Shown: positions 39,401-53,926 of the stretch, in pieces
How positions within the stretch are numbered: the stretch's first letter is position 1
How the letters are laid out: every line of letters begins with the position of its first letter
Assembly: GCA_051362555.1 (NCBI GenBank)
Contig: CM120640.1
Location: forward strand, 65,450,788-65,514,787
Direction: 5' to 3'
Source: Lingula anatina
Taxonomy: Eukaryota > Animalia > Brachiopoda
DNA length: 64,000 nt
Notes under the pieces: generated by a model
Seen by the model: only the letters and a program-made list of their open reading frames with translations
The model's database searches: none
Told to the model about the DNA's origin: nothing
Made by a program: the position numbers and the translations under genes

Positions 39401-42400
39401 ACTTTGCACAGACTATAAAATCAGCATGAAACAATGTACTGGTACACATCTAGTATCAAGTTGTGTAATAACTGTCAAGTTTCATTAATAAAACTTGGTT
39501 TATTCCTGCAGAAATATTTAAATATTGTTGTTGATAATGGTCATTTCCTGCCTCACTGCCTCACTGACTCAATGAATCACTGATTCCCAGCCTCACCTTT
39601 GGAGTCCTGGCACAACTCTGCTTTCCAGGAGTCCTAACAGGTGTCTTACTGGCTTTTCTCCCTGTCATACTTTTCCTCCTGGAATTAGGTTTGGAATCAT
39701 AACCCTCCAACGAATCCTCTGCAGAATCATCGCTATCACTGAGGTTCTTGGTATGTACACTGGCATCGCTGTTATCACTGTCATTGTCACTATGGAAGTA
39801 CTTGACTGCTTTCTTCTTTCGACTGTAAAAAACAAGTTTTCTCTATTTCATAACAAAATCAGTCAAAATTGTAAGAGAGGAGAGGTTTAAGCTTAACACA
39901 CATAGTTTTAGACTTCAAATGTAAGCAATGTACTAGCAATTTCTTATTCCCTTACATAAAAAGCATATTTTATCAATGATTGTGAAATTCGAGAAAAATA
40001 TTTAGATATTCAATACACATCAAAAGCTCACCTGCTTGCCCTGGGTGTTGCAGCAGGTTTAGCATTTTTAGGTGTAGTTGGCTCTTTGCCACCTTTAGGA
40101 GTTGCAATAGCTTTGCTGTTCTTAGACTTAGCAGTTTTTGCTGTCTTTTGCACAGAAGAAACTGAACCATTTCTGAATGACTTCAAATCACAATCCTGGT
40201 CATCATCACTTTTAAATGAGTAAGGATCAGACACTCTCTTTTTCCTAGAACTGATTTGATGTGGGAGGGGAGAAGGGGTTATGAATAATTGTGAACAGAG
40301 CATAAAAATGGATCTCACAGACAAAACAAACTAAGATGCAATTAAACAGTATAAGCAGCTCACCGAAGTCAAAATAATATTTAGTATTAATTTCATGTGA
40401 AACCTATAACAAAAACTATTTACTTCCTGACAATTGGTTAAAATGAATAAGTTCAGATATTTGAAGTTCCCTCTGGTAGCAGTGACCTAGAACAATTGCT
40501 TTTACCTGCTTTTCTTTCTCTGTGCAGACTTCCCAAGGTCTGTAATAGGAAACTCTTTTCCAGATGGAACTTTAGCAACAACTCTTTCTGGAGAGACATC
40601 AAATGTAGCACTTTTCAAATCCCTCGAACTAACTGGTAGCTTTTCTAACATTACATTTGGCCAACTTTTCCCAGATTTTGTGAAAGGCAACGACTTCCTG
40701 CTGTTACGCTTGGACACAGGCTTCACATTCAGGTCACTGTCTGTGGAAGTTTTCCCCCTTTTAGGTGGACTATGAGAGCCCTCCACTTCAGTCTGGCTGA
40801 CCTCACGCTTGGTTGTCATACCTGTGGACTTCCTGGAAGGCCTCTTAGTATTGGAGGCTACACAAGGCTCATCACCTTTAGTCCTCCTGTTGCCATGTTT
40901 TTTGGAGCTCAATGGAGTCACAGAGGTAAAAAGCTCAAAATCTTTACTTTTGACATTCTTTGTCACTTTCTGAGACTTGGATCTTTTGGTCTTCCCAGAA
41001 GTACTAGATACTGTGGAGTTATTTTCTTCCACTTTTTCTATCCCAAACTCACTGTCATCATCCATGATAATATCTGTGTTAGTCTCGCTGATGTCATCAT
41101 CTACTAAACACTGTGCTACATCATCTGTCCGGAATGCTCTGTAGTATTTACTGATGACAGGACTCTTCAGATCTGAAAATATTGTACTGAGCGGTGACAA
41201 GGCATATAGAAATACATGTCGTAGCTAGGGGGCAGGGTTTGGGGGGGGGGGGAGGTGGTTTGAAAGAACCCTTTTTTTGCCAGAAAAAGGTCCCCTCTGG
41301 GTAAATTTTTATCTCGGTACATGAAGGTTTCATGGTAAAAAGTCCACTTTCTCAGAAAAAGAACCCCCCTTTTGAAACTGCTGGCTATGAGCCTGAGAAA
41401 ATTACGTTTACTGCACTTGATAACAATAGAACCTTTTGAAGAGCAACCTTACATGTACAACAGCATAGTAAAGAAAAAAAAAACAAAACATCTAGTTATA
41501 GTCATGCTACATTTGAGTTCTTTTCATTATAGTAAAACTGTTTTCCCTTTGACACTAAAATATTTATATAAATAGTCATAGGTTTAAATCCTTTATAGAC
41601 AAACATCTTCTGCTAAGCACTGCTGTATGTACCTATACTTTTTCTTGACTTCCCCTTCACAGGTGAGACAAGGATGTCCGTATCTTTGCAGGTCACTTTG
41701 TTTCTTGGCTTGCACTGAATGTCTTCAAGTGACATATCATCTAAAACTTTATCATCTTCATACAGTTCTCCATCTACTTTGCCAGCCATACTGTTCTCTT
41801 TGCCACTAGGTTTCTTGTTGGATCCCTTCGATTTTGATGATTTCATGAGAGAAGGCGATTTAGTATTACCATTGCTAGTGCTTCCAAAGTTGGATAAGGT
41901 AAGTGCACGTAACTTTTTCCCATCAAAAGAATACCTCAATAGAAATGTTGTGGTCCCAGTGTCAGATGTACATTTTTCAACCTCCGAGTCCATATTTTCT
42001 GCTACTTGTACAATCTGGAAACAGGACAAAGATGAGCCCATACCAGTAATTAGGAATCATTTATATAAATAACGTATTTTGGCAGCAAAAATTTCACAAC
42101 ACTCTTAATAAAAATTAGTGAAGTCCAAGACTCTTCACCTGGCTAGGTGAATGTTTTTTATATTCCTTGCATATTACCATGTAAAAGTACAGCCAAGCTT
42201 ATGCCCATTATTGCAAAATTATAATTACTGACATTTTTATTGCAAAATTATAATTACGGACATTTATTATACAGTAGTATAATAAATGGCTCCACTCTGA
42301 CTTACTTCACATTTGTCAATAATTGATTCAATATCAATTTCCCGTTCATAATTGCACAGATTCAAGAGCACCTCCTTTTCTCCGTAAGTTTTTCTGGTGA

Positions 42401-43235
42401 CCCAAGATTGCAGTTCATGGTGGCGCCAGTACCACTGTACTACAGCAACATTTCTGCCATCTACACACACAGTATAAAATTACTTGTAAAAATATCCCAA
42501 AGTTACATGTACCAGACAATAATTTATGTTTTAAGGATTTGGTAAACTCGGGTTTAACAATGTCTTAAATATTTACAAATTTGATTTTACTATTATTAGA
42601 GACAGTATTGATATCACTGACCATCTTCATAAAGATCCAGTATCCGTGCCACATATGCATTCTGCTTCACATTTTTCTCATCTAGGCTGTCACTGTTGTT
42701 AACTAGGACACCGTCACCTATACATACTTCAAGTCTGCCATTCTTATATGACCTGCATTACACAAATATAAAACAATAAATAGTAAGAATAAAAATTATT
42801 TAGGCAAAAATAAAATAAATCTTTGAAGTAAAAGGATAATCCTGAAATGCCTTATTATTTCAAACTACTAAAATGTTATTAAATTAAATCAAAATTCAGG
42901 ATTCATAGCTAAAAATGTAGTTAAATGTGAAAAAAAAAAATACTGGCTTGTTCTTGTATCACTTACAATGAAAAAAAAGGGTGATACTTATCAAAACCAG
43001 ATATAAACAGATGTTTACATATCGAAATAAACACATTACTGTGTGTGTATGTATGTATATATATATATATATAAATATATATTTATATAAATAACATATT
43101 TTGGCAGCAAAAATTTCACAACACTCTTAATAAAAATTAGTGAAGTCCAAACTTGAAGACTCTTCACCTGGCTAGGTGAATGTTTTTTATATTCCTTGCA
43201 TTTTACCATGTAAAAGTACAGCCAAGCTTATGCCC

Positions 43236-43305
<70 letters not shown>

Positions 43306-43688
43306 AAGTTGAATTAGGCTCATACTGGGGTTTTCAGGTGCAAATTACTTGTGGATGGTGTTAATTCAAATAGTTTATGGCACAGACAGCTCAACCCCTT
43401 CTCTCTCTCTCTCTCTCTCTCTCGCTCTGTGCGTGTTTGTGTGTGTGCGTGCGTGTGTTAATATAGTTGGCCCTTCCCTTTTTTATTACTATATTGGGTC
43501 CTTTAAAAATGGTTGCCAACACAATTATTTCCGTATGGCTTATTTACAAAGATAAACAAAATGACAGTACTCTACCTGTAATGAAGGCGGTTTTCTAAAC
43601 GCCGATCCTTCACTTCGCCTTTGCCAACCCATGTGAATGAACGCATCTGTCTCTGAGACAGAGAAAAATAGCGGCGTGATCTCTTCAT
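36482..43688 (-). CDS. ORC1: Origin recognition complex subunit 1, ~16 exons (first 43688-43576, last ~36654-36482)
   Basis: N-terminal BAH-like exons ([12 protein letters not shown]; AVVQWYWR), long S/K-rich linker with TP/SP sites, [18 protein letters not shown], Walker [12 protein letters not shown], Walker [44 protein letters not shown]-terminal [15 protein letters not shown]. Confidence 0.97.
41215..41395. mobile_element. Degenerate short MITE-like insertion in an ORC1 intron
   Basis: Imperfect termini (..tcgtagcta / tggctatgagcctg) and internal gaacccc repeats typical of small MITEs. Confidence 0.45.
43238..43302. repeat. (TA)n microsatellite
   Basis: Pure TA tract. Confidence 0.98.
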
Positions 43689-43946
43689 GACGTTCACCAA
43701 CACAAAGTTTCCCGCGGTCCTATCTCAGCGCCATCTACTGGTAGTAACGTTTTACTTGACGTATGACTTGAAGCCAAGTGTACTTTCTTACTTATTCTTA
43801 TCAATAAAACGTAATGAAAAAGCCCATAACTGCATCGGAGGCTTCTATAAATGGACACATTAAACAGTTTGAAACAGCGAATTGATTGTCTTGCAAGTGA
43901 TGTTGTAACTGGGTCACGAGAACTAACGTGAGCTTAAAGAGGCATC
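43689..43946. promoter_or_regulatory. Compact bidirectional promoter ORC1/PRPF38A with an E2F site (tttcccgc, 43708-43715) and a CTCF-consensus site (43728-43741)
   Basis: Start codons are only ~260 bp apart. Canonical E2F motif 20 bp upstream of the ORC1 ATG (ORC1 is a known E2F target). Minus strand reads CCAGTAGATGGCGC. Confidence 0.75.
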
Positions 43947-46900
43947 ATGGCGAACCGAACAGTAAAAGACGCTGTTTCTATAAAAGGCACAAACCCACAG
44001 TATTTAGTAGAAAAGATCATTCGGACAAGAATTTACGAATGTAGATACTGGAAAGAAGAGTGTTTTGCATTAACAGGTATGATTACATATTACTGCCCTC
44101 GAAAACCCCAATAAGCTATCTTTGTTCGCAGGTACATGTATCTGATTGTATCCCCCCTGCCTTTTTGCCGGCTAGGCATCTAGCATTGAAAGCCGAGAAC
44201 TCCCCCCTTTCGGGCACTGTGCAATCCAAATAACCAGTAACAGAGACAGATAACATGGGTTACCACCGTCCTGGTATAAAACATGGGTACAAAATAAGTC
44301 CTTCGTTTAGTAATTTTTTCTTTGGTTTTAACCAGTCTAAGAATTTGAACATGTTGAGTGGGTAGAAAGCTACTGGTAGAACTAGAAAGTTCAGCTATTA
44401 ATCTGGGCTCACAGTATTATAATTAAGAAAAAAATGTAGATGCAAATGTAATGTAATGCAAAGAAACAAGTGTCCTTAGCTGAAAACTTTGTAAATGTTG
44501 TTGGTAATTTGGAAATATCCTTTTCCGATGTGATTCAATGTTTTAATTTCCACGTACCAAATCATTACAGTTACAATGCTCTGTCTTTAAGTTTTGAACA
44601 ACATAGTAAGTTTAGATTATATAATTTTTTGTTAACCTTTAACAGAACTGATGAATATTTCTTTAAGTTTTGAACAACATAGTAAGTTTAGATTATATAA
44701 TTTTTTGTTAACCTTTTTTTCTAGCGGAACTTTTGGTTGACAAAGCAATGGAGTTGAAATATGTAGGAGGGGTGTTTGGTGGTAATATAAAACCCACTCC
44801 GTTCCTTTGTCTGGTCTTGAAGATGCTACAGATACAGCCTGAGAAAGACATTGTGGTTGAGTTTATCAGAAATGAAGATTTTAAGTAAGATATATCATGT
44901 ATTTCATGATGACATTTTGTTGTTTGTAATATTATTTCACATTTTGCCTTTGATTTACATCCCCCCCCCTTTTTTTGATTGCCTTTTAATCAGTAGCTTT
45001 TAAATTATGATTATAATAATAATACTAATATCTTTTGACATAGATAAAATACTTGTGGACATGTCTAATATCCAGCATCGTTAATATCGGTAGCATTTAG
45101 ATATCTTCACTCTATTTCAGATATGTCAGAGCTTTAGGTGCACTATATATGAGGTTGATTGGGACTTCACTGGACTGTTACAAATATCTAGAACCACTCT
45201 ACAATGACTTTAGAAAGATGAAACAGCAAGACAGAATGGGAAGTAAGTATGGTGTAAATGTTGAGCAAATCTTACTCTTGTTTGACTTATTGTTTGGATC
45301 TCAATAGAACCATATTTTTTGTACCTCACATTTGCATATTATTATATTACAAAGCCTTTCTGGCAGATGGCCTGCTAACATTGGTTCTGCTTTATTAGGT
45401 GACCCAGTTTGACTAGAATTAGAATTTGAATTCCTTCATGATTCTGTTGATTGCTTTATAGCTTTTTGAGCAGAACTTACTGAGATTCAAGAAGCATGTA
45501 AATCTTTCATTAAATGTATTATTTATATTTCAGATTTCTCAATTATTCACATGGATGAGTTTATAGATTCTCTGCTGCGAGAAGAGAGGGTGTGTGATAT
45601 CATCCTTCCTAGAATACAGGTACTTGACACACCATTAGTGAGTCTACAGAATAGATACATCACATTTCATAACACCATATATAGAATTTAGATCAACATT
45701 GAGTAAATAGTTGGTTATGGTGTGGTAGTGTTAATTGCAAGAAAATTAGGATATTCATGCATTAATACAGTATTATGTTGTTGTATTATGTACATTTGCA
45801 GAAGAGAGCAGTGTTTGAAGACAACAATGAGCTGGACCCACGGGTCAGTGCCCTTGAAGACGACATGGAGGACATGGAATCCAGTGATGAAGGAGAAATA
45901 GTGGTCAGTTCTAATCCCATTTTCTTTGCATGGACTTCACTACTTTTTAGGTTTATTGAAATAGAATTGAACTTGGATTTGAACACAAAATTTGAACTCT
46001 AGAATTTAAGGGAATTATCGGATGATTGTGCAAATTTGTGGTATTTTGTGATGTAAACTTGGTAGCTTTTATCTGTAGGAGAATGATAAGAGGAGTCCAA
46101 CTCCAGAAAGGAAGAGAGGGAACTATCGTGACTTAGACCAACCCAGAGATCCTCCGTCTCCCAGATATCGTAGAAGTAGCAGATCACCAGCCAGGAGGAG
46201 GTAAGTTAGGCACTACTGACTGGATTACCTTTCACACTTGGGGATCCAGCACAATGACACACCCAATACACTGGCACTTTCAACACAATGAAATGCCTAG
46301 TACACCAAGTGAAATGGAACACCTAACAAACTTGCGCATCCAGCACAATGGATCACTTATCACATTGGCACACCCAGTGCAATGGAACATCTAACATGCT
46401 TGTATACACCCACTACAATAGAACACCTAATGCAATGACACACCAAATATTATTACATTGACATATTTTTTAATTTTTCTACAGGCGATCACGGTCTAGG
46501 GATCGAGATAGAGATCAAAGGAGAAGAAGAAGCAGATCAAGAGAAAGAAGACACAAATCACCAAGTAAGTCTTCTCTTGACAAGGATTATAAAGGTTAAT
46601 GTGCATTTTTCTATTGATTATATTATCATGCTCAGTATTTTTTCCAAGAAAAAAATATACATTTTTATAACTATTAAACGTCTTCTTAATTCTTCAATTC
46701 TTCATTTATGTTTTATTATTATTTTGTTCTCATTGTGCAAGAAAATTAATATAAGCTAATAAATGTAATGTTTCACTGTAAAATGGATAAGCTTATAGAC
46801 ACTCTGCCGTGAAAGTTAATGTGATTGAAATATCTGACACATTTTGTATTGTTTTTTGAAGGCCACAGACACAAGCACAGAGACGAGGATGACAAGTAAG

Positions 46901-47285
46901 TAACATGGCAATTGTGAAGTATACATTTACTTGAGCAGTTGAAATAAAGCTTTGGTAGAAAGGTTTTTTGTTTCTGCATTGACTAAACATATTTGAGGTA
47001 AAATCTAGTAACATTATAGACCTGGAATATAGTCTTTTAATGACAAGATTTGGTCCTCTTCTAGGATCTTGCACTGTTGGGTTCCATTTGCTGGAAAAAA
47101 ACTACTTTTCATGTTTCAGACATAAAAGGCACAAGAAGTCAAAGAGAAGTCACAGATCTAGGTCTAGATCAAAGGAAAGAAGTAAAAAGACTGAAAGTAG
47201 CAGTAAATCTAGTAAAGAAGATCTTGAAATTAAAGAAGCTAATGAACTAAGAGCCAAACTAGGTCTTGCTCCTCTCAGGCCATGA
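43947..47285 (+). CDS. PRPF38A: Pre-mRNA splicing factor 38A: exons 43947-44076, 44725-44884, 45121-45242, 45534-45619, 45802-45903, 46079-46200, 46485-46564, 46862-46895, 47120-47285
   Basis: MANRTVKDAVSIKGTNPQYLVEKIIRTRIYE...GGNIKPTPFLCLVLKMLQIQPEKDI...HMDEFID plus an RS-rich tail. Phase-consistent GT-AG junctions. Confidence 0.97.
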
Positions 47286-49097
47286 GTTTCATTTCATGAG
47301 CTGCAAAGTCCACTTAGATTGATATCAAACTTTGATGTCCAATTATCTAAGATTTGTTTATTTTTTATCCAAATGAAAATTTGGACGTACTCTCTTTTAA
47401 GTTGACACCAGCATTCTTAGGGTCATTGAAAGCTGTGGTCAATGCTTGCTGGAAGAGCCATGAAAGGACTAGGTTTTGAGAGTGCTTGAGCTGTAGTAGA
47501 ACCATTCACACAAAAACAGCAATTTTACTTTAGAATCAATTTCTCTTTTATTTCTCTCTTAAGATGTACAACAGTGTATTAAATGAATTCACAGTTTTGA
47601 CATTTTAACATTCTCATCATGTACATAGTATACATATAATAAAGTACCCAATACTGCTATAACCAGCTTTATTATCATTATAATCTTATGTTCCAAAGCT
47701 CCTGTGATGTTGCCTCGTCACCATGAATGTTTAATTACCTGGAAATATTTCTTGTCAAAGGATAGAAGTGAAAGCCACCAGATAGGGTTGCAGGTTGCAA
47801 CATTCCAGTTCTCATAGTACATTTGTTTGTTGTTGGGCATGTTATTAACAAATCTGGCAATGTGACAATGCCTGAAAACAAATGGAACTGATACCTAAAT
47901 ATGAAAACTGCATAAATACATAAAATAGGCAACCCTGAAGAAAAACTTAATTCAATGGATAATTTTATTTTGGAGCAGCTATCTTGTTTTTATTATACAC
48001 AATCACAATGAAGATGAGTGGGTGTATGTCCAAATATACCCCCTCCCCCCAATATTGTGCTATACCTTAGCTGTGCCATCTGATGACTAATGTTATAGTT
48101 CTAGAACTTGAGAAGAATATTGGTGCCAATATATACATCACACTAATTGGTAATACATATTGAATAGAAAGTTTATAATATTCAATGAATCTGGGAATGC
48201 CCGTTGTGTAGATTGCATAAGATGTTTGTGCAATGAAACATGCTGGGTAATCTACAAGCAACTGTCATATCAGCTATAGGCAACAAACAACCCACAAACA
48301 TAGGAAAATTCAAATCTTTACACTGGCACTACATAGTTGCTGTAACAAAATCAGTTGCTTCTAGTTATTTGAACATTGGTAAAAATTTCTTTCATTAAAT
48401 AATGATCATGCTTCCATTATAAACCCCCTAAGCTGTTTTCCATTTGTTTAAAACCATCAATGATATAATAAATAATGTAAAACGTCTTAAAATCTGATGC
48501 TTCTGCATTTAACCTACTGACGCATTTCAAAATGTAATCTCATAATGGTTTGGGAAACCTAATAAAAACTCACCTTACAGTAAAAAGGGCCAGCTTGCCA
48601 AGACCAGAGACTTGCAGTATTAATCTAAGCTCCATCATCATGATCAGTTCTGAAGTCCTACAACATACTAACAGCATCAACAAACAACTACTACACATTA
48701 ACAATTTTTGTGCCATCTACACAGATATTTTTTAGTAATATTTTTATAGCACCAACTTTAACAGGGATTGTTTATGTTCAAGACAATCACTGGTCTGGTA
48801 TATACACTGTACATTTCTATTCGGCTTAAGTATGTTCAAGCTGCACAGTGTATATATTCATATTGCAGATAACCTTTTTTACACATATCACTAGTTTTAT
48901 CCACATTTCATCAGTGATAGATGTGTAGAAACTTGAATTCTGTTCTTATGGTGATGACTGACAACAGTGGCTCCCCCTTGCAACAACGTGACGGTGTCTG
49001 TGCTGCCCCCTACAGGGACACGGAACAGACCTTGGCCCCTGAAGGAGCCGAGGCTTTTCCCATGTAATTTTGCCTGACAGATTACTTTATTTCTTGT

Positions 49098-52000
49098 TCA
49101 GATCTTTTTTGTAGTTTGCTGTGGGGAATCCTTTATATTACAGTTCAGATTGGCAACATTTGGTGGTGGCTGCAATTTTCGAAGTTCTTGTTTCATGTTT
49201 TGGAACGCTCTCTCTAACTTGCTGCTCTTCTGACAGGCCACCCAGCCTTCTACTTCCTGAAAACATTAAAACAAGAGGTTGGAATATTATTCCGTTTTCA
49301 TGTATCATGTAAATAAGGAGGCATAGGCGTATTCTGTGAAACAATACATGACCTTTTATCAGAATTAAACAAGGTGCAATATAAATTGCAGTATAAAAAT
49401 ATTAAATCATGCTTTACCTGTATTAATCTTTCTCGTTTGAGGTAGAAATGAGTTTTAATCACATCTTCAAATCCCTGGCTTGGGTTGTGCAGTTGGGCAA
49501 TAATGGCATATTTGATATTGTTGATTTGCACATCTGGAAGTAAATTTAACACTAGAAGCACTTAGTCCAACTCGCAGTTATTATCACTGTTATTTTTAAA
49601 TTATATATTAAGTATTTTATTAAGTACAATCCACTTTGGGCAGACCTGTGGTAAGAAGATGGTATCTAGATTTGTCTCCTTCAAACTACTGTCCGTATTA
49701 TACACGATGACCAAGCAAGACATTACCTAGGTTATACTCCTGACTGTGTTTCTTCCCTACATCTGTCCCTATCTCCTGCTCATAGCCAGGCTCATTGAAG
49801 TAAGGTTCTGGCACCAGGATCAGGGACTGTATAGAGACTAACACCTGCAGCACAGTGGATGTGGTCTCGTTCCACTGTTCTCCTTGCTGTCCTTCCCAAG
49901 TCCCCAGCAGAGATAAGCACACCTTGCCACAACTGTGGAAACAGCAACACAGAGTACTGTTATATGAGGTCAATGGAATGTCATATGAGGTCAACAACTT
50001 TTCAAATATATATTAACAATGTTGGCAGTTAAAATTAGTTACAGTGCAGTAGCATACTGCTTTGAAATAATTACAAGCTTAATATTGTAGAACATCTAAC
50101 ACATAAAGAACTAAGCTTATCTTCTGTTTTATGCTGTTGTCATTTTGTTCATCAAAAAAAATATTTACATTTCTCATAAAAACTTACTTGTATAAATTAG
50201 GATTAAATCTCACAGTTCCACCACCTGTTGTCTAAAATAAAACACAACAGCACATACTTCAAAGAAAAATAGACCACAGTACCAAATTCTCTAAATTAAA
50301 TATTTATACAACTTTGTTAAAATGTCTGAAATTCTTATATAGAGAATTAAATATTTATACAACTTTGTTAAAATGTCTGAAATTCTTATATATCTATTTA
50401 AAAAAAACAATAGTCATTGCAATTTACACCATTTAAAAAGTAAAACTATATACACGAAACGTTGCTGATACCAACTTGTAAATTGACTAGAGGTGGTGTT
50501 TTAGGATATGATGGTGGAAAGAAAATATCAAATTGGTAGCAGCCTCCAGAGTAAGGTGTGCCTTCTGGCCTGAAAGTACAACACATAAATAAAGGTTACT
50601 AACTGAGCCAAACTGCCCCCAATGTTATCACTTGTATACTCACCAAGTATGATATTAAAATTTTCATTACATAGTTGCTATGTCCAGCCAATCACTTAAA
50701 TTAGAAAATAATTTTAGCACATTGTAATAACCTTTAAAATGGACCACCAAACATGAGGATACTTACCCAGTTATTAGAGCTCTCATTAATGTAAGCTTTT
50801 CATCATCCTGAAAGAAGAATCAAGTTTCTTCTTTCATTATTGTCTATATCTGTTTCATTCTACATGAGAAATTGTGTTTATGTAATTTTAGATACTGAAT
50901 ATGAGTTTGATTTAAACATTTTCATAAACCTCAGAGCAACTGTATTTAATATCATAAAATAATCCAGTCAGATTCTCTATTTTAACTATGAATTTTTCCA
51001 GTAAGTTTATCAGCTTACAGATCTAACAAGAATTCCTGAAGAAAGTTCCAGCGGTAGTGAAGTGGACAAAGAGGTGAGCTCCTGGGCTATCCTGAAAACC
51101 TGAAATATCACAGCAACAGCAAAGATGTTAAAATCTATCAAAATATATGGATGGAATAAAACCAGAAAAACATATTTTACAATTATGCACAATAATCAAG
51201 CATTTGTAGAAAAAAATGTGAACTTGTTTGCAAGTTATCAGGAACAACGAAAACGCAAGCTTAATTAGAAAAAGTTGGACACCTTATTGATCATAACCAT
51301 CATTAGACCTCAAATGTTACCTGAGACTGGCTTGGGATTGGCTGTTTCTTGAACTCACTGGTATAATGGTGTGCTCTAGGGCCTTCCACTACAAAGATAT
51401 ACGTACTATTTACATTTTGTAAAACAGATTTTTTATAGTATTTGGTGTAACGATGATAAAAAAGTAAATTGCCTCTGAAGAGATTAAATATGTTTTACCC
51501 GAGGGAAATGACCTTTAGATCCTTCTACAAAGGGCCTTGATTACCAATGACAGTGAATTGTTAAATAATAGTCTTCCTGACAGTAGTTACAGTATATCAG
51601 CCTCTATAAACATAAAGACATTGATAAATATCTATTTGTAGATTTTTCTTCGAACCTTACCTAATTTTAACTTTGCTTTTTATACACTCTATTCAAAATT
51701 TACAATAAAAACTTTTCCAACACAGTATGAATATGAACTTACAATCCATTTCACAGCTGTCAAACAAGAGATCCTTCAGAAGTTTTTTATATTGTTCCTC
51801 CAATGCAATTTGCTGGAATGTAGAAACACAAAGACATTAAAAAATATCACATTAATGAAATGTAAAAAAAATAATTTTTTAGCAATTTTCACCATTTTCA
51901 ATTTGATATTTACCTCATTATTTCTTACTGCTGTATGCTTCTGTAATTATTGTATCTAAAACAAGTAAAATGTAGTTGCTACAACAGTAACCCAAACCTC

Positions 52001-52396
52001 ATTATTAGCAACGGAAGTGATAGTAATATCCATCATCTCCGGGTCTCCTCCCTCCTGTTGCTGATGTTGCTGTTGATGCTGCTGCTGTTGTATCACCTCC
52101 TCCTCCTCTTCCACACTGTTGAACACTCCAGAACGCCGCAGGGAGTCTGCAACCATATCAACAGGCTGTACACTGACACTACTGATATCATTTACCACAT
52201 TCAACTACGTAACTCATGCTTCTGATATCATTTACCATGCATACACAACTAGCTGATATACTACTGATATCATTTACCACATTCAACTAGCTGACAATAT
52301 TGATATCATTTACCAAATACAACTAGCTGATGCTACTAATATCATTTACCACATTCAACTACTGACGCTACTGATATCATTTATATCACATACAAC

Positions 52397-52438
<42 letters not shown>

Positions 52439-53831
52439 GATTTTACTAACCTGTTACATCCTTGTATAGATTGATAAATTCCCTGAAACATAAAAATAAT
52501 AAGTTCAATTCATCAGCAAACTAGACATTTAACTCTGCAATTATTTATTATCATTCTGTATTTCTTTGTTAAAGGTTTTTTAAGCTCAGACACATTCTGC
52601 ATTCATTGCAGTTAGAAGTGCAGTTACAAATTGTTTGAGTTGTTACCTTGCCAACTTCTCCTCAGCTGGTCTATTCTCACCAATACTGGTCCCTGTGGAC
52701 GTGGACGGGAGGCTGGAGTTTTTCTCTTTATTTTTCTTCTTCTCTTTCTCTTTTCCTTTAGGAGCCTGTGGAATGCAGCCATTGCCTGCCCTGCACACAT
52801 GCTGCAGTAACACATTGGCCTGGGAACACAATATAAACACACAGTGTTGATCTGTCCTCACAAAAATATGACAAACTCTATTTCACAGTGTCAATAACTT
52901 ATATCCTTAAAAACTTTCATCTATACATAATTGGAGTTTTTCAAAAGTTCTCCAAGTAATCAAATATATATCTGCCATTGGTCAACTAAACTAATTCTTG
53001 CATATCAAGGCATATATACCTTTTTCTCTAAGTTTTCCAACAGGTGATACACTGAGGCAGCTTGGTCTGGTAGAACCCACAACAAAGGAACCAACTGGGG
53101 CTGCAAGGCTGCAAAACACACAAGGAATAGTGATTCTTCCTGGCACATTAATGACCTTTTCCCATATTTTTAATTTCTTTAGGTATTCAATCTTTATCAT
53201 GAGAAGAAGAGGACAGCACTACATCATGCTTTCTACAAATCATGCTTATAAAACTCAAAGATATAGAATCTAGCATTAAAGAGTGTCAAGAGGTTCTAAT
53301 GTTTAATCATTTTTGAACGAAAAAAAAAAAATGAATCGGGAGTGGAAAGTGAAAATTTGTTCTCTTGCAATCATTAACACTCACCTAATTCCTTGATGAT
53401 ATCTACTATCACTTTGTAAACCTGAAAATAACAGTAACAGTGTACAATCACAATTAGGTGTCATTAGGTCTGAAAACTTCTACATAAAAAGACATTTTCT
53501 AAAAAACATATATATTTTGAGTACATATTAACACTTTGTTGATGCTAAATGATAAAGATAATCTACAGCTTGTTGGAAAATGAACCACATGTAAAAGCAA
53601 GGGAATGCCAACACAGCAGCTTATTTTTATATCAAGGTTGGGAGCAGTTGCTATGGCAATCAAACAGCATACAAGTAACTGAGATGGACTACATACCGAA
53701 GTATGCCTGTTAATTTCCAGGAAGGAGTCTGCTTTCATGTATTGCTAAAAAATAAATACAATTATCTTAACAACAATTTAAAAGTGTTCAAATTCTAAAA
53801 CCACGATCAGGAATTAGAAGTAATAATAAAA

Positions 53832-53926
<95 letters not shown>

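Noticed and set aside
45355-45500. Possible intronic snoRNA in PRPF38A
   Set aside because: No convincing H/ACA or C/D boxes at proper positions.
48895-49100. Open frame continuing past the E2 gene's TGA (possible readthrough or selenocysteine)
   Set aside because: TGA-A context is not leaky, no SECIS was recognised, and the extension has no recognisable motif.
52146-52482. Apparent frameshift between the 32-nt exon and the poly-Q/E exon of the E2 gene
   Set aside because: Resolved by a phase-1 acceptor ttgcag|AC at 52146, giving [17 protein letters not shown].
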